Origin: Heptranchias perlo
Taxonomy: Eukaryota
Assembly: GCF_035084215.1 (NCBI RefSeq)
Contig: NC_090347.1
Location: 25,606,001 to 25,670,000 of the forward strand
Reading direction: 5' to 3'
DNA: 64,000 nucleotides
A program made the position numbers and the translations under genes. Below, piece by piece: positions 1-11,299 of this stretch. Every line of letters starts with the position of its first letter. The stretch's first letter is position 1. The notes beneath the pieces are model-generated. The model made no database searches. It saw nothing but the letters and a program-made list of their open reading frames with translations, and was not told the DNA's origin.

Positions 1-1366
1 CCCCGATTTCCATCCGAACCTGGCAGAAATCATTGCCTGGCCAACGAGACAGAGTGAAAATTCGGGCGGTCCCGGGATCTTCTGGCCCACGATTCAGTTC
101 CCAACAGGTTTGCCTTGGTGGGGAATCCATCATTGATCCCCCGCTCAGGCCCCTAGTTAAAATATCAGATTGGGCCCCGGTTACTTCATCGGAGCCTGAT
201 CTGCATATTTAAAGAGGACCCCGCTGGTTGGAGCGGATGTCCTTGCTGTGGTCAGATTGGGGTGGGAAAGGAGTGGGAAAGTCCCCCACTCCATTTTAAC
301 TGTGAATTAAAGCTGTAGCCTAGATCTTCTTCAGGAGTGACTAGTGACGCTAAACCTAGAAGAATATCTAGTGCAAAAATCTGAAATTTATGACCCTCAT
401 TAAGAACAGTAAAAGACAGCAACCCTTCCCCAATAGTCCAGCACAGATGAAAGATAGAGCTTAGGGAGGGGGAAGAGGGACAAAAACATTATGTAAGAGA
501 AGGGTGTTTGGGAAATTTTGAAAGTATGGAAGGAGGAATTATTTAGGGAGGAAGTGCAGGGAGCAGGGCCAGAGGGACTGAAGGAATGACCATTAACGTT
601 AGAGCAAAGGACATACCGAGTCAGGAGTAAGCCTGTATCTGACGAACTGTGGATGTACCTGGAGAGATCGCTGAGGTAAAATGGAGTAAAGCCACTGATT
701 GATTTTAAATGAATTTCAAATCAAAGAGATCTTTTTGTGTGCTGCTTTATATTCATGGAAGAATTAATATTTTCATACTTTGAAAAAAATTCCAATACAG
801 TTAGACAACTAAAGTACTGTAAACTTTATGAATTACTAAAGTTTCACAAGTATGCCAGTCAACTGCATTATGTAAGATCATATCTGATTACTTCACTCTT
901 TAGGTAACAATTTCGAAAAGATTTATCATTTTATTTTCTGCCATTTCAGCACTTTAAAATTTGGAACTCTGAGGGAATGTAGTGGTGCTGTTGATAAGGG
1001 CATCAGCATGTATTTCCATAGAATGAAGGGGATCAGGAATCCAACCCCTACACTACATTTCATATCTCAGCCATTACTTCATGGGGCAGCTTCAACTGGC
1101 AGCTGGGAGGAGGAGGAGGAGGAAAGTAAAAGAAATTAAACTGAGATGGTGAGTCTTACCCAGATTGGACAACACCATTGGTCTTAACATTGGTTATCAG
1201 CTGCTGAAGCTGCACAGCTGTGGGCATGAACAGAGAGGCTGCACGCCTTCTTAGGAAAGCAAAGAACATTTCCTTGCTCAAAACAAGTCAGTGGACAGTT
1301 TCACTTTTTCTTTGCTTCCTGAAGATTTCCATTCTTTTATCAGACCATGCAATCAGAGGAGAACAG

Positions 1367-1757
1367 GGGTACGGCAGTGTAGTAATTAAGTTACTGGACT
1401 AGTAATCCATAGGCTGGGAGTAATAGTACAGAGAACGTGAGTTCAAATCCTACCACGGCAGTTTAAGAATTTGAATTTAGTTTTTAAAAAAAAATCTGAA
1501 AATAAAAAGCTGATAAAAAGTGTTGTCATAAAAACCCAACTGGTACACTGGTGTCCTTTACGGGAGAAAATCTGCCTATATTTCTCAAATCCACACAGTT
1601 GACACTGAAGTGACCTAGTAAGCCACTCAGTTGCATATAACTACTACCAGCGGTTCAAGCTGAAGGCCCACCATCACCTTCTCAGGGACAATAGAGATGG
1701 GCAATAAATGCCAGCTTTGCCAGTGATGCCCATATCCTGAGACCGAATATAAAAAAT
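1367..1757 (+). mobile_element. tRNA-headed SINE (family with ttactggactagtaatcc head; 3' tail shared with LINE family B)
   Basis: A/B-box-like head (gagttcaaatcc) and tail ccaccatcaccttctcaggg...gatgggcaataaatgcc...cccatatcc + A-run, matching the 3' end of the LINE at 21108-22847; several copies in window. Confidence 0.8.
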
Positions 1758-3228
1758 TAATTTTGCTTATGTCTAGGTGGTCTGATTACCCTCCGACCCT
1801 ACACCCCCCCACCATATACTTTATCCCATACAGCTACCAATGACATCCTTGGCCAGTCATTGGGAAGTGTGCAAGAGCAGCCTAGTCAGGACTACCATCT
1901 CAATTTCCTTCCCATCCCCTGCACAACTCTTGACACAATCATGATTGTCGCATTCGAAAATGAGTCAAGTAACAATATTCTTATGTTTCCACTAAACTGC
2001 AGTTCGTTGGAAAGATTATAAGAATATTTGTAATACGGCTTTAAATAGGACACAGTCTTAGCTATTTCAAGAGCTGTGTGTCACATGTTCAAAAATTGTG
2101 TCGGGTTAACTGATAGCAATTTTGATTTTCAGAAACACATTTGCTTGGAGCTTCAATTATTAGAGAGGCAAAAATACAATATTTTTGGTTCAAAATTAAA
2201 GGGTTTACTCACATTTAGCATTGCATGTTAAAAATAACTTGAAAAAGGGCAAAGAGAGACAGATGCATTTTTTCAAATGATACACGTGTTTTATAGCAGT
2301 GCACATTCTGCTATGGATGTTTTGTCTGTACTTCTAATCAGGTATTAGTAAGGAACACCTAAATATGTTTTAGCATTTGCATGAAAATATCTGTTTAAAT
2401 ATTGAAAACAAAAGAAATGTGAAGCAGCTTTATTGAACATCTTTATCAACAAATGCCAGATTGAGGGCAAATGTGCTTGACTATTAAAACACCTGCTTAG
2501 TTTCAGATGAATCACTCCAGTTAAAATACAAATGATTCCTGTAAATTATCCATTGCATGTTTGAAATACAGAAAGAGTGTTTCATATTTTAGTTTATAAA
2601 AGCTGGATGTTTTATACCTGATGTTTGCAGTCTTCATATTTAACAAGTTAGTCCTGTGCTAGTCCTAGTCCAAAGCAAGTCCGATGTTTTAAACTTTTTC
2701 ATTGCACAAAGATTTTCATTTGTTCAATGCTGTTCTGGCAAGAACTCTAATTGTAACATTTTACTTTAGGTATATAAAGAACAATTATTTTAATATTAAA
2801 ATGTTTCTCTATCATTCTAAGCTTTAATCCAAATTACATTAAAGTTATCACACCGCCACATTATAGATCAACGGCTTGCATTTTTATAAATCTTTCTAAC
2901 TTAGAAAAATGCCCCAGAGTATTCCACAGAGATGTGAGGAAATCCAACACCAAGCCAAAGAGTGGAGAGTAGGAGGAATGGTCAAGAGCTTGGTTAAAGA
3001 GGTGGGTTTTAGGGAGGGTTGTAAAACAGAAGACAGAAGTGGAGGCAGAGGGGTTTCAGGAGAGAATTCCAAAGACAGATTGAATACATCAGATAACTTT
3101 GGTCTAATATACTTTATAATGGACCTTGATCATTTTCTTTGAATTTGTGCTGAAGAAACACCAGTGTGCGTTAATATACTGCAATTATTAAACATTTGAA
3201 AGATTTCACAGAAAAAGCCATTTCCTAC

Positions 3229-3295
3229 CTGTCTGAACTCCAAAAATCATGAAAAAGAATAGAAACTCAAGAAGGTAAAACATTTGTGCAAACAT
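3229..3295 (-). CDS. Signal-peptide (leader) exon of a probable third Ig-superfamily/B7-like gene (gene A); no further exons seen in the window
   Basis: ATG..ACA G|gtagg, phase-1 donor; translates MFAQMFYLLEFLFFFMIFGVQT; candidate acceptor tgttgacag near 3324; coding length 67 nt, identical to the gene B leader exon. Confidence 0.6.
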
Positions 3296-4171
3296 ACTTA
3301 AAAATATTATTCGCCGTTTACTTCTGTCAACACATTTTGGAAAGCACTGGTATATATCTGTCGAATTTTCCGCTTATGAGTCAGTCCAACCCACGCAACA
3401 GGAACCACTTGTTACAACACATCTCATTAAAAATGCTTGCTGATAAACCATTCCTTACTATCCTATACACTGCTGGTAATAAAAGTTGTGCATAATCATA
3501 TGTATACCAATATACAGCCATGATGTTAAGCTGAAAATTGTGCATTTTGAAATTGTTTGTAAGTCACATTTCCTGCAAACACAGAACTTGACAAAGTGCA
3601 TGAAATTTAGCTTCAAGAATGTAAGGGTTTGACAGCTGTCATAATGCTGACCTGCTCCTTCGAACAAGGCCTGGAAACATGATTTCATACAGGTTGTAAA
3701 ATAGAATTCGAAAAATCAACAAAGGCATACAACAATTTATTCGAACATTCTTGAGTAAATAAAAATATTTAGGGCTAAATTTTCATTTTCACCATCCGCT
3801 GGTAATCTGGTGGAAGAGTTGTAAGATAGTTGTACCAGGCAGGTGGGTTCTACCAATTGTAGAACCTGCCTGATATTTATTCCATTGAAATCAATGGAAA
3901 TATGATTTGCATTAGGTATATACATGCAAAGGTGAATGTTTGACATGTTCAGGAGGATAGAGTGTGCAAGAATAAGCATTTTGCTAGGTGGAAATAGCCA
4001 TTAGGCATCATGAGAGAGTCTTAAAATCAGAAATCATCCAAAAACTTCAATGCTGAATCTAAACTCAAAATGGAGTGGAAGGAGTAGAGTGAAAATTTTA
4101 ACAAAATTATTGAACCATTACCCACCCAAAAGTTAAGTCCCATTAATACTTCAAAACCACAGGCGGTAGTC

Positions 4172-4425
4172 CTACAACTTGCAACAAAGCAAGCGGATGC
4201 TCTGCTCGCGAACAGGAGGCAGCAACAAAGCTGAGGTTCACCAAAAAAAACCACAAACGCACAAAACTGTCATGATAATCATACACATTAATTGTTACTG
4301 AAGGGATTAAAAACCATGGTGAAGTTTAAATGAAAAAAAACAGCATATACAGAAATCGCTGGGAAAGAAGCTCAAAACAGAGAGTACAGAAACAACTGTT
4401 AAGCACAACATCAGTCGGATGCCCA
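4172..4425. repeat. ~255-bp segment, copy 1 of a local duplication (copy 2 at 5803-6065)
   Basis: ctacaacttgcaac...cagtcggatgccca occurs twice with scattered substitutions and short indels. Confidence 0.95.
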
Positions 4426-4968
4426 TGATAGATAAACTTAGAACAATGTAGTTGGAGATTGCTGAGGCAGTTCGAAACTATTAGAAAAACAGGACATGTG
4501 TGAACAAGAAAGAGGAAGATGGTTAATAAGAGGCTGCTTCTGGATTAACACAATATCAGGAAATGGAGAGATATACAGACAGTCAACCATTCCTCATTGA
4601 TGCCTAGCAACAGTGGGTGATCGATCAAAGTGGGACTCACCCCTAACTTGCACACCTGTTCCAACCGGCAAGAACAACATAAAAAGAAGACATCGTGGCC
4701 GGTCCAGCCCTGCAGTCAATGGAGCTCAAAGAAGCTCTGCCTAGAGTAAGGACGTCCAACAAGAAGAAGCTCAAGTGCTACGAGAGCTGATCACTCCTGC
4801 CTTGATGCTGAAATCCTTAATTTAACGTTTTATGTATTGCTTGATGCTTGTGTGAACTGTTAAATCATTAAACTTAACTTTTGATTCACTAAAGTACAGA
4901 ATAGCGTGAGTTGCTTTGGTTGTTTACTGCTCGGGTGCACGAATCATTGGAAAATCAGCTATCCTACA
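4426..4968 (+). repeat. 5' LTR of element 1 (start could instead be the TG at 4447)
   Basis: TG...tcctaCA, TATA-like cataaaaag near 4678, ATTAAA near 4867, PBS 5 nt downstream; no second copy to confirm the 5' boundary. Confidence 0.65.
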
Positions 4969-4973
4969 GATTT

Positions 4974-4991
4974 TAGTGCCCGAACAAGGAC
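4974..4991 (+). promoter_or_regulatory. Primer-binding site, tRNA-Lys type
   Basis: TAGTGCCCGAACAAGGAC matches the tRNA-Lys3 PBS TGGCGCCCGAACAGGGAC at 15/18 positions. Confidence 0.8.
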
Positions 4992-5608
4992 AACCCAACA
5001 TAATCAGACAAAGAACGAGTAGAATATCCTGTCCAGTGATAGAACAGAAACAGGGGGGGGGGTCGATTTTAAGATGGCCGAGCGTGTGCGTTCGTGGCGG
5101 GGCGGGGGGGGGGGGGGACTCCGAAAATTCAGGATTCCTGGGGCGGGTCCAGAGCCCGGCTCCAACCCGCCCACTTCTGGGTTCCCCAATGATGCACTTA
5201 GATGCACACGCTGCCTCCGCATGCAGGACTCCCACTGGCAATTAAAGCCAGCGGGACCCAATTAAACCAATTATTTTGATACTTCAGGTCGTTAGCATAC
5301 CTGATTGGGAGGATATTTTAGGAGGGGTGGGATTTTCATCCAAACTGAGCGTGTTTCCCATACTGGTGGAAACACTCCCAGTTGAAATAGACGTGTTGCA
5401 GCCACCAGCCTATGGGAGCTGCAAAGGTCCATTTGACAGGTGGTGGGGGGACCCTCATCTATTGCAGGAGGCCACTCTGTCACTTTGGACAAAGTTTGAC
5501 CTGCACCACCCTCCTCCTAACACAAGAAATCACCAACTTGGAACCTCAACCCTGGTGTCCAGACACATTTACTTACCTTGCGGACCCCCTCAAACGTACA
5601 TCTTGAGG

Positions 5609-6330
5609 ATGGGGGCCGCCATAGCTGCAGTCATGACCTCCTCGGAGGACGAACAGCATCATCAGCCTCGCCGGCCATGCCGTCCACCTCTGACACGTGG
5701 AGCTCCACAACACAGTGCTGTGACACATCCACCTGCAGAGCAGGAGGGAGGGCAACTGCAGAGAGAGATGTGTCGCAGAAGGCACTACCCTCACCACAGG
5801 GTCTACAACTTGCAACAGAGCAAGCGGGTGCTCTGCTCGCAAACTGGAGGCAGCAACAAAGCTGAGGTTTACCAAAAATAACCACAAATGCACAAAACTG
5901 TCACAATAAATCATACACATTAATTGTTACTGAAGGAATTAAAAACCATGGTGAAATTTAAATGAAAACAAAAAAAAACAGCATATACAGAAATCGGTAG
6001 GAAAGAAGCACAAAACAGAAAGAGTACAGAAACAACTGTTAAGCACAACATCAGTCGGATGCCCAAGACCGAGGCTCAGCTTCCTGGATCTCTCTGAGGA
6101 GCAGTGCACATGGAGGCTCAGAGTCACTCGACATGTAGTCGTGGACATCAGCAGACTCCTTGATGCCGAGCTGCTCCCGGCTGGCCCGAGCACCTTCTTC
6201 TTACCTGTCGCTGTCAAAGTCACCGGTGCCCTCAACAGCTTCTCCTCCGGATCCTTCCAGGGTGCCAGGGGACATCGCCGGTGTCTCTCAGTCGTCTGCA
6301 CAAATGAGATCTGCAAATACACCTACACCC
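5609..6330 (+). pseudogene. Harbinger transposase N-terminal fragment (HARBI1-like), disrupted
   Basis: RRHYPHHRVY|RPRLSFLDLSEEQC...LPVAVKVTGALNSFSSGSFQ...GDIAGVSQSS; broken by the 5803-6065 insert; DDE core missing. Confidence 0.8.
5803..6065. repeat. ~260-bp segment, copy 2, inserted in the Harbinger transposase
   Basis: Splits the reading frame ...gggtctac|agaccgagg...; homologous to 4172-4425. Confidence 0.95.
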
Positions 6331-6535
6331 ACTCTGCAGTGACACAATGGGTGGCATCAGGTGTGGGTCTTCATGGTGATCCTCAGGAAAGGGAATTATT
6401 GCACAAACCAGACAAGATTTGCAAAGATGTGGCAGTCGTGGTGATAACAAATTTTTATGTTTTTTTTGCAAAACAAATGAAAGTAAATCAAAAACATGAC
6501 ATTTTGTCTGACACCCTTGTGCATCCCCTTTGCTC

Positions 6536-8371
6536 TCACAAAACCTTTGCCTTGTGTTTACGGGAACCCCTACGTGGTGCTACCCCAGTGGCTTCAGCAG
6601 AGGTAGTGGCAGGTTGCTTTTGTCCATGCCCTGACCGATGAGATGCTTTGCACGGACGCCCTCTGGGTTTCGATGCCCGTGAGAGCCTCTCCAAAGACTG
6701 CTCCACCTGCACCTGTGCAGGGGCAGACTCGGCCACCTGGAGAGGAGGCAGCATTGCGGGTATTGGTTGAGAGGGGGGCAATGGATGAGACGTGGGAGCG
6801 CTTTGAGTGGCGTCCCCACTTCCATGTCCCCTTTCACCATCATCCCTCTCCTGGCCCAGGCCCACATCACTTCATCCACCCTACTGGACGACAGTTTGGA
6901 AGACTTGTGTGAAGCCTTGGAAGGCCAGTTGTAAGGTATCTGTCAGCCTGTTTAAGGCGCAGAATGTTGCTCACCCTTAATCCGAACGGCTATTGTCAGG
7001 GCCTGAATGGACTCATTGTTGAACCGTGCAGACATTCCCGCACCTATCTGCGACACTACCTCAGAGATGCCTTCACGTCCCTGTGACACTATCTCGGAGA
7101 TACCCTCATGTACCTGTGCCACCGTTCCACCCATGCAGGAGTTAGACTCCTCCATTCTCTGTACGATTGTGGAGAGTGCGCGTGGCAACTGTTCCAGTAC
7201 CTCGGCAATGTGCTGCTGGCCCTCGATGACTCTCCTTTTCAAGGCTGGCCCCCAGGATTCAGCATCTGGGTCCAGCTGAGCAGAGCCTGGACAAGAGTGC
7301 TCCCACTGACACGGACTCTCCATGGCTACCCCTGCCACCAGGGTCTGCTCGTGCTCACATGTGCATGGTGACTCACCATGTGCAAGCCCAGCTAAGTGAG
7401 GACGGGGACCCACCGAAATGTGTGTATCTGCGCTGGTGGATGGCTGGCTCAGATGTGACGATGCCCCCTCAGAGGCCGGCAGGTCCTCTGAGGAATTGCC
7501 CTCTGCAGCCACGGCGGTCGCAGATGGCCCTGCAAGAGAACAGAAAGCAATATTAAGCGTGTGGACAGATGTTGAGGTGCTGCAGATGCCAAGTGATGCT
7601 AAGATCATTCGCTATCATGAGTGCTGAGTGTTAGATTTCTGTCACCAGCCGCTTGTGCGCTCCCAGTCAAGGCATCTGCCACGGACAGGCACTCCAGCTT
7701 GCGGCTTATTTCCATTGCCTGCTGCTTCGTGTCCGTTAGGACCACCTGGTGAGGCAGGCCCCCTCCGGTCCTTGCCCTCTCCCGGGCATTCTGGCATCTC
7801 TTCTCCTATCAAGGCAAAACACAGAGAGGCGTTATTGAGTGCTGGTTGCATAGTAAACCGCTGCATGCATTGGTGTGGGTGGGGGTGAGAGTGAGGGAGA
7901 TGCATGGGAGGGTGTGTGTGAGACATAGCCATGAGATTGTATGAGGATTGGGTTGCGTGGTAGTGTGCGAATGGGAACTGGGGCGGTGAGTAAGTGCAGG
8001 CAAGGTGAGGATGATGGTAGAGTGGATGTGAGGAGTGATGCGAGAGCATTGTGGTGGCAGTGCAGAAGGAGTTGTGTGGTGGTGGAGGTGATGTGGAAGA
8101 CGGAGTGTGGGAGAATGCGTAAGTATACTCACTTTGGCTGACCTGGTTAGCTCATTAAAGCGCTTCCTGCACTGGACCCAGGTTCGGCACACATTGCCGC
8201 TGCTGCTGACCTCCTTGGCCACCTCCAGCCAGGCCTTCTTGGTGGCAGAGCGAGGCCACCTCCTCCCATCAGATGGGAACAGAATTTCCCCCTCCTCTTC
8301 ACCCTATCGAGCAGCACCTGGAGTGAGGAGTCAGAGAACCTTGGAGCAGCCTTGCCTCTGGCCTGCTCCAT
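6536..8371 (-). pseudogene. Harbinger Myb/SANT-like DNA-binding protein gene (multi-exon, frameshifted)
   Basis: MEQARGKAAPRFSDSSLQVLL...AWLEVAKEVSS...RTWVQCRKRFNELTRSAK|gtgagt (first exon 8133-8371); further minus-strand ORF segments at 6952-7608 and 6536-6879. Confidence 0.8.
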
Positions 8372-8664
8372 GCTCCAAAATTGGCTCTTTGCTGCAGGAG
8401 AAGCATTGGAGGACTGCTCCTTTAAATAGGGGGTCCTCCTGCTGACAGACTGTGATGCGGGTGCGCAGTGGCCCACTGCACAGGTCTGGAACGGGAAACC
8501 CGGAAGCACACGTAAGTACCTTCAATTAGGCTGCGATCACGTGCGGAGCACCCCAAATTCACTGGGCGCGTTACCCACGCACCCAGTCGACCCCCCGCTG
8601 CCAACCCGCCTCCCTTCTAATATCGGGCCCAGGGTTTCTGGCTGGGTACTAGCAGGATAATAAA

Positions 8665-10420
8665 ATGGAAGCAGCAATGCGAAAATTTATAGCGAAGAAG
8701 TTACCAAGGAAAGAGGAATGGTACCTGATAGAGAACCATCAAGTAGTCCCCTTCATGGCATACGATGATAGGTGGTTGTGTATGTTGGAAGAACAACCTA
8801 AGCTAAAGGCCATATGGTTACTTGCCCTCTGGAAACAAAAGCATAATGATGAGAAGGAGAGGCAAGAGCTAAAAATGGAGGTAGATATTATAAAAAGGGA
8901 AGCGGAGGGAGTAAAGGAGCAGTTGAAAAAGACGCTCAATAATTGAAAGAGAGGTGGCCAGAATAGTGAAAAACATATCCAAACCCAAGGCTGCTACGTA
9001 GAGTACTTCCAGAGCTAGGCCCTGGTTAAAGAAAGCAATCTTACCATAAATCAGGCAGCCCAGCAAGAGACATTAGAGAAATTCAGAAATGTGGAGAAAC
9101 AAAGGAAGTTCTGAAGGCAGCAATACGGCTGCAGATGAGCACTAAGGGTTCATGGGATTGGGGGTAATATATTATCATGGATTGAGGATTGGTTAATGGA
9201 CAGAAAACAAAGAGTAGGAAATAAGGGGTCATTTTTGGGTTGGCAGGTTGTAACTAGTGGGGTGCCACAGGGATCGGTTCTTGGGCCTCAGCTGTTTATA
9301 GTTATGGAAAAGGACAAAGATAGAACAGGAGTAAAAGTTCTAAAATGAGGAATGGCCAATTTTACTAAGCTGAGAAGTGATTGAGCAAAAATGGACTGGA
9401 AACAGCTACTTGAAGGTAAATCAGTGTCAGAGCTGTGGGAGGCATTCAAGGGGTTCAGAGTAAACTTGTTCCCACAAAGAAAAAGGGTGGGACTGCATGA
9501 CAAGGATGACAAGGAGCATACAGGGTAAGATAAGGCAAAAAGAGGGAAGCTTATGTCAGACACCAAGAGCTCAATACTGCAGAAAGCCTGGAGGAGTATA
9601 AAAAGAGCAGGGGTGAAATTAAAAACGAAATTAGGAAAGCAAAGAGAGGGCATGAAAAAATACTGGCAAGTAAAATCAGGTGGAGCAGGCTCGAGGGGCC
9701 GTATGGCCTACTCCTGCTCCTATTTCTTATGTTCTTATATTCTAATGAATAGAACTGTAGAGGATCAGAAGTACCCCGTTCTCACTGTAAATGTAAAATT
9801 ATTCAATTCGAAAAAGCCCTACAAGTAAAACAAGAAATTATATGCACAATGAAAGAGGATAATAGTGATAGTGAATTAAACGAACAAGATTGGGATGATT
9901 TAGACAGAGAGGTTGCCGAATACAGACACCACGACAACTACCCGCTAGAATATGGGTCCCTCAATGGCAGGAATGGAACAGGATAAATATAATGTTGATG
10001 CCCAGGGTGTCAGTGCAACCGTAGCACAGAGATTTGATGTACCATATATCCCTCAACAAGTACAAGATATGGCTAAAGCAAAACCCAATTTCAATGGAAA
10101 TGGAAATGTGGTTAAATACTTTAAAGACATAGAACAGGCCATGGAGCTTAGTGGACTCGATGATACAGAAAAGATACAATTACCATGATGGACTTTAGAG
10201 TCAGTGGTATTCGGAGCGCTGCCCCAAGATAGGAAGCATGGCCATGAAACGTGACCGCAAATGAAAGAGGCAGTGCTTACTAGGAGATCCTAGTGAGGTC
10301 TTAACAAATTGCAGGCAGGAGCCTAATGAACATCCCTTAGTATATGCCAATCAATTATAGCAGTATTATGAAAGGCTGTATGGGCCAAATCCAGCTCGAA
10401 ACCAGTTGAACCCTAACCCT
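8665..10420 (+). pseudogene. gag: gag remnant of element 1 (coiled-coil N-terminus, capsid-like region), interrupted by CR1
   Basis: MEAAMRKFIAKK...coiled coil; PYIPQQVQDMAKAKPNFNG...GLDDTEK and CRQEPNEHPLVYANQL align with element 2 gag (PFTLSQLNDIAKNVPKFNG...GLDEGE; FKQGDEEHPHAYAECL). Confidence 0.75.
9140..9738 (+). mobile_element. Rearranged CR1 LINE fragments inside gag of element 1
   Basis: RT segment (SGVPQGSVLGP), then an upstream ORF2 segment, then 3' tail ...ctcctgctcctatttcttatgttcttat. Confidence 0.8.
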
Positions 10421-10434
10421 GCGACCATAATCTT

Positions 10435-10970
10435 ACCTCATCAGACATAGTTGAGAGAATGAATCGAATGTTAAAAAGTATGCTAAAGAAGTTGATTGAA
10501 CAATCCTACCAAACATGGGGCCAGTTGTTGCCCTTGGCATTAATGGCCATGTGATCTACTAAGTCAAGTACCGCCAAGGTTTCACCCCATGAGCTAATGA
10601 CAGGGAGAGTGATGAGAACACCTGAACATTTGATGTATCAGGACATGTCTGAATCTCAGAATCAGGTCTTGACCCGGGAATGATATGTTAACAAACTACG
10701 TGACCAACTGCAACAGATAATGATCTTTGCAGCCGCTAATATTGGGCAATCTAAAAAGGCCAATAAGATGTATTTTGACACCAAAGTCAAAGCAGTGGAA
10801 TGGGATGTGGAACAAACAGTCATGGTGAAAACATACCAACAAGCAGGGCCATTCCTGGCTCGTTTTTCTGGACCATATCGCATTGTGGATAAAGCCAGTC
10901 CATCTGTGTACAAAGTAGCTCTGTGAAAGGGAAAATTAAAATGGTTCCATGTCAACCAGTTAAAAAAAGA
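10435..10970 (+). pseudogene. pol: Integrase C-terminal half of element 1
   Basis: IVERMNRMLKSMLKK...WGQLLPLALMA...SPHELMTGR...RFSGPYRIV...WFHVNQLKK (catalytic E and GPY/F motif); several in-frame stops. Confidence 0.9.
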
Positions 10971-11299
10971 GAGTATAAAGGAAATGTACTCGGAGTATTC
11001 GATCAGATGGAGGAAGCAATTCCTCAAGTCTCACTCGTGCTATAGGATGAGGAGGACGACACAATATTATACCCACCTGTGGCAAGTCAGGGAAATACAA
11101 GCCCTGGACAATTAAGGCCGAAGCCAAGGCCTCACCCACCACGGATGGATGTTCGTTCCTTCGTTGTGTGGAGCCTGGATCAAATAAGACCAAGCAAAAG
11201 ATGATCACCACACAGGGGAAACCAGGAATAATGATATAAAAAAAGGTAATAAAATATTAACCAAGAACAGCTACACCCTGTGTGTTTTTCCTTTCACGG

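Larger units (their letters stand above)
5054..8629. mobile_element. PIF/Harbinger DNA transposon (internally deleted) inserted in the leader of element 1
   Basis: Imperfect TIRs (gggtcgatttta / taatatcgggcc), CAG on both flanks (5051-5053, 8630-8632), convergent transposase and Myb/SANT genes. Confidence 0.85.

Noticed and set aside
5276-7888. Numerous overlapping ORFs suggesting host genes
   Set aside because: All lie within the GC-rich Harbinger and are its genes or their shadow frames
10409-10420. aaccctaaccct telomere-like repeat near the gag/integrase deletion
   Set aside because: Only two units and readable as gag codons (NPNP); no evidence of telomerase healing
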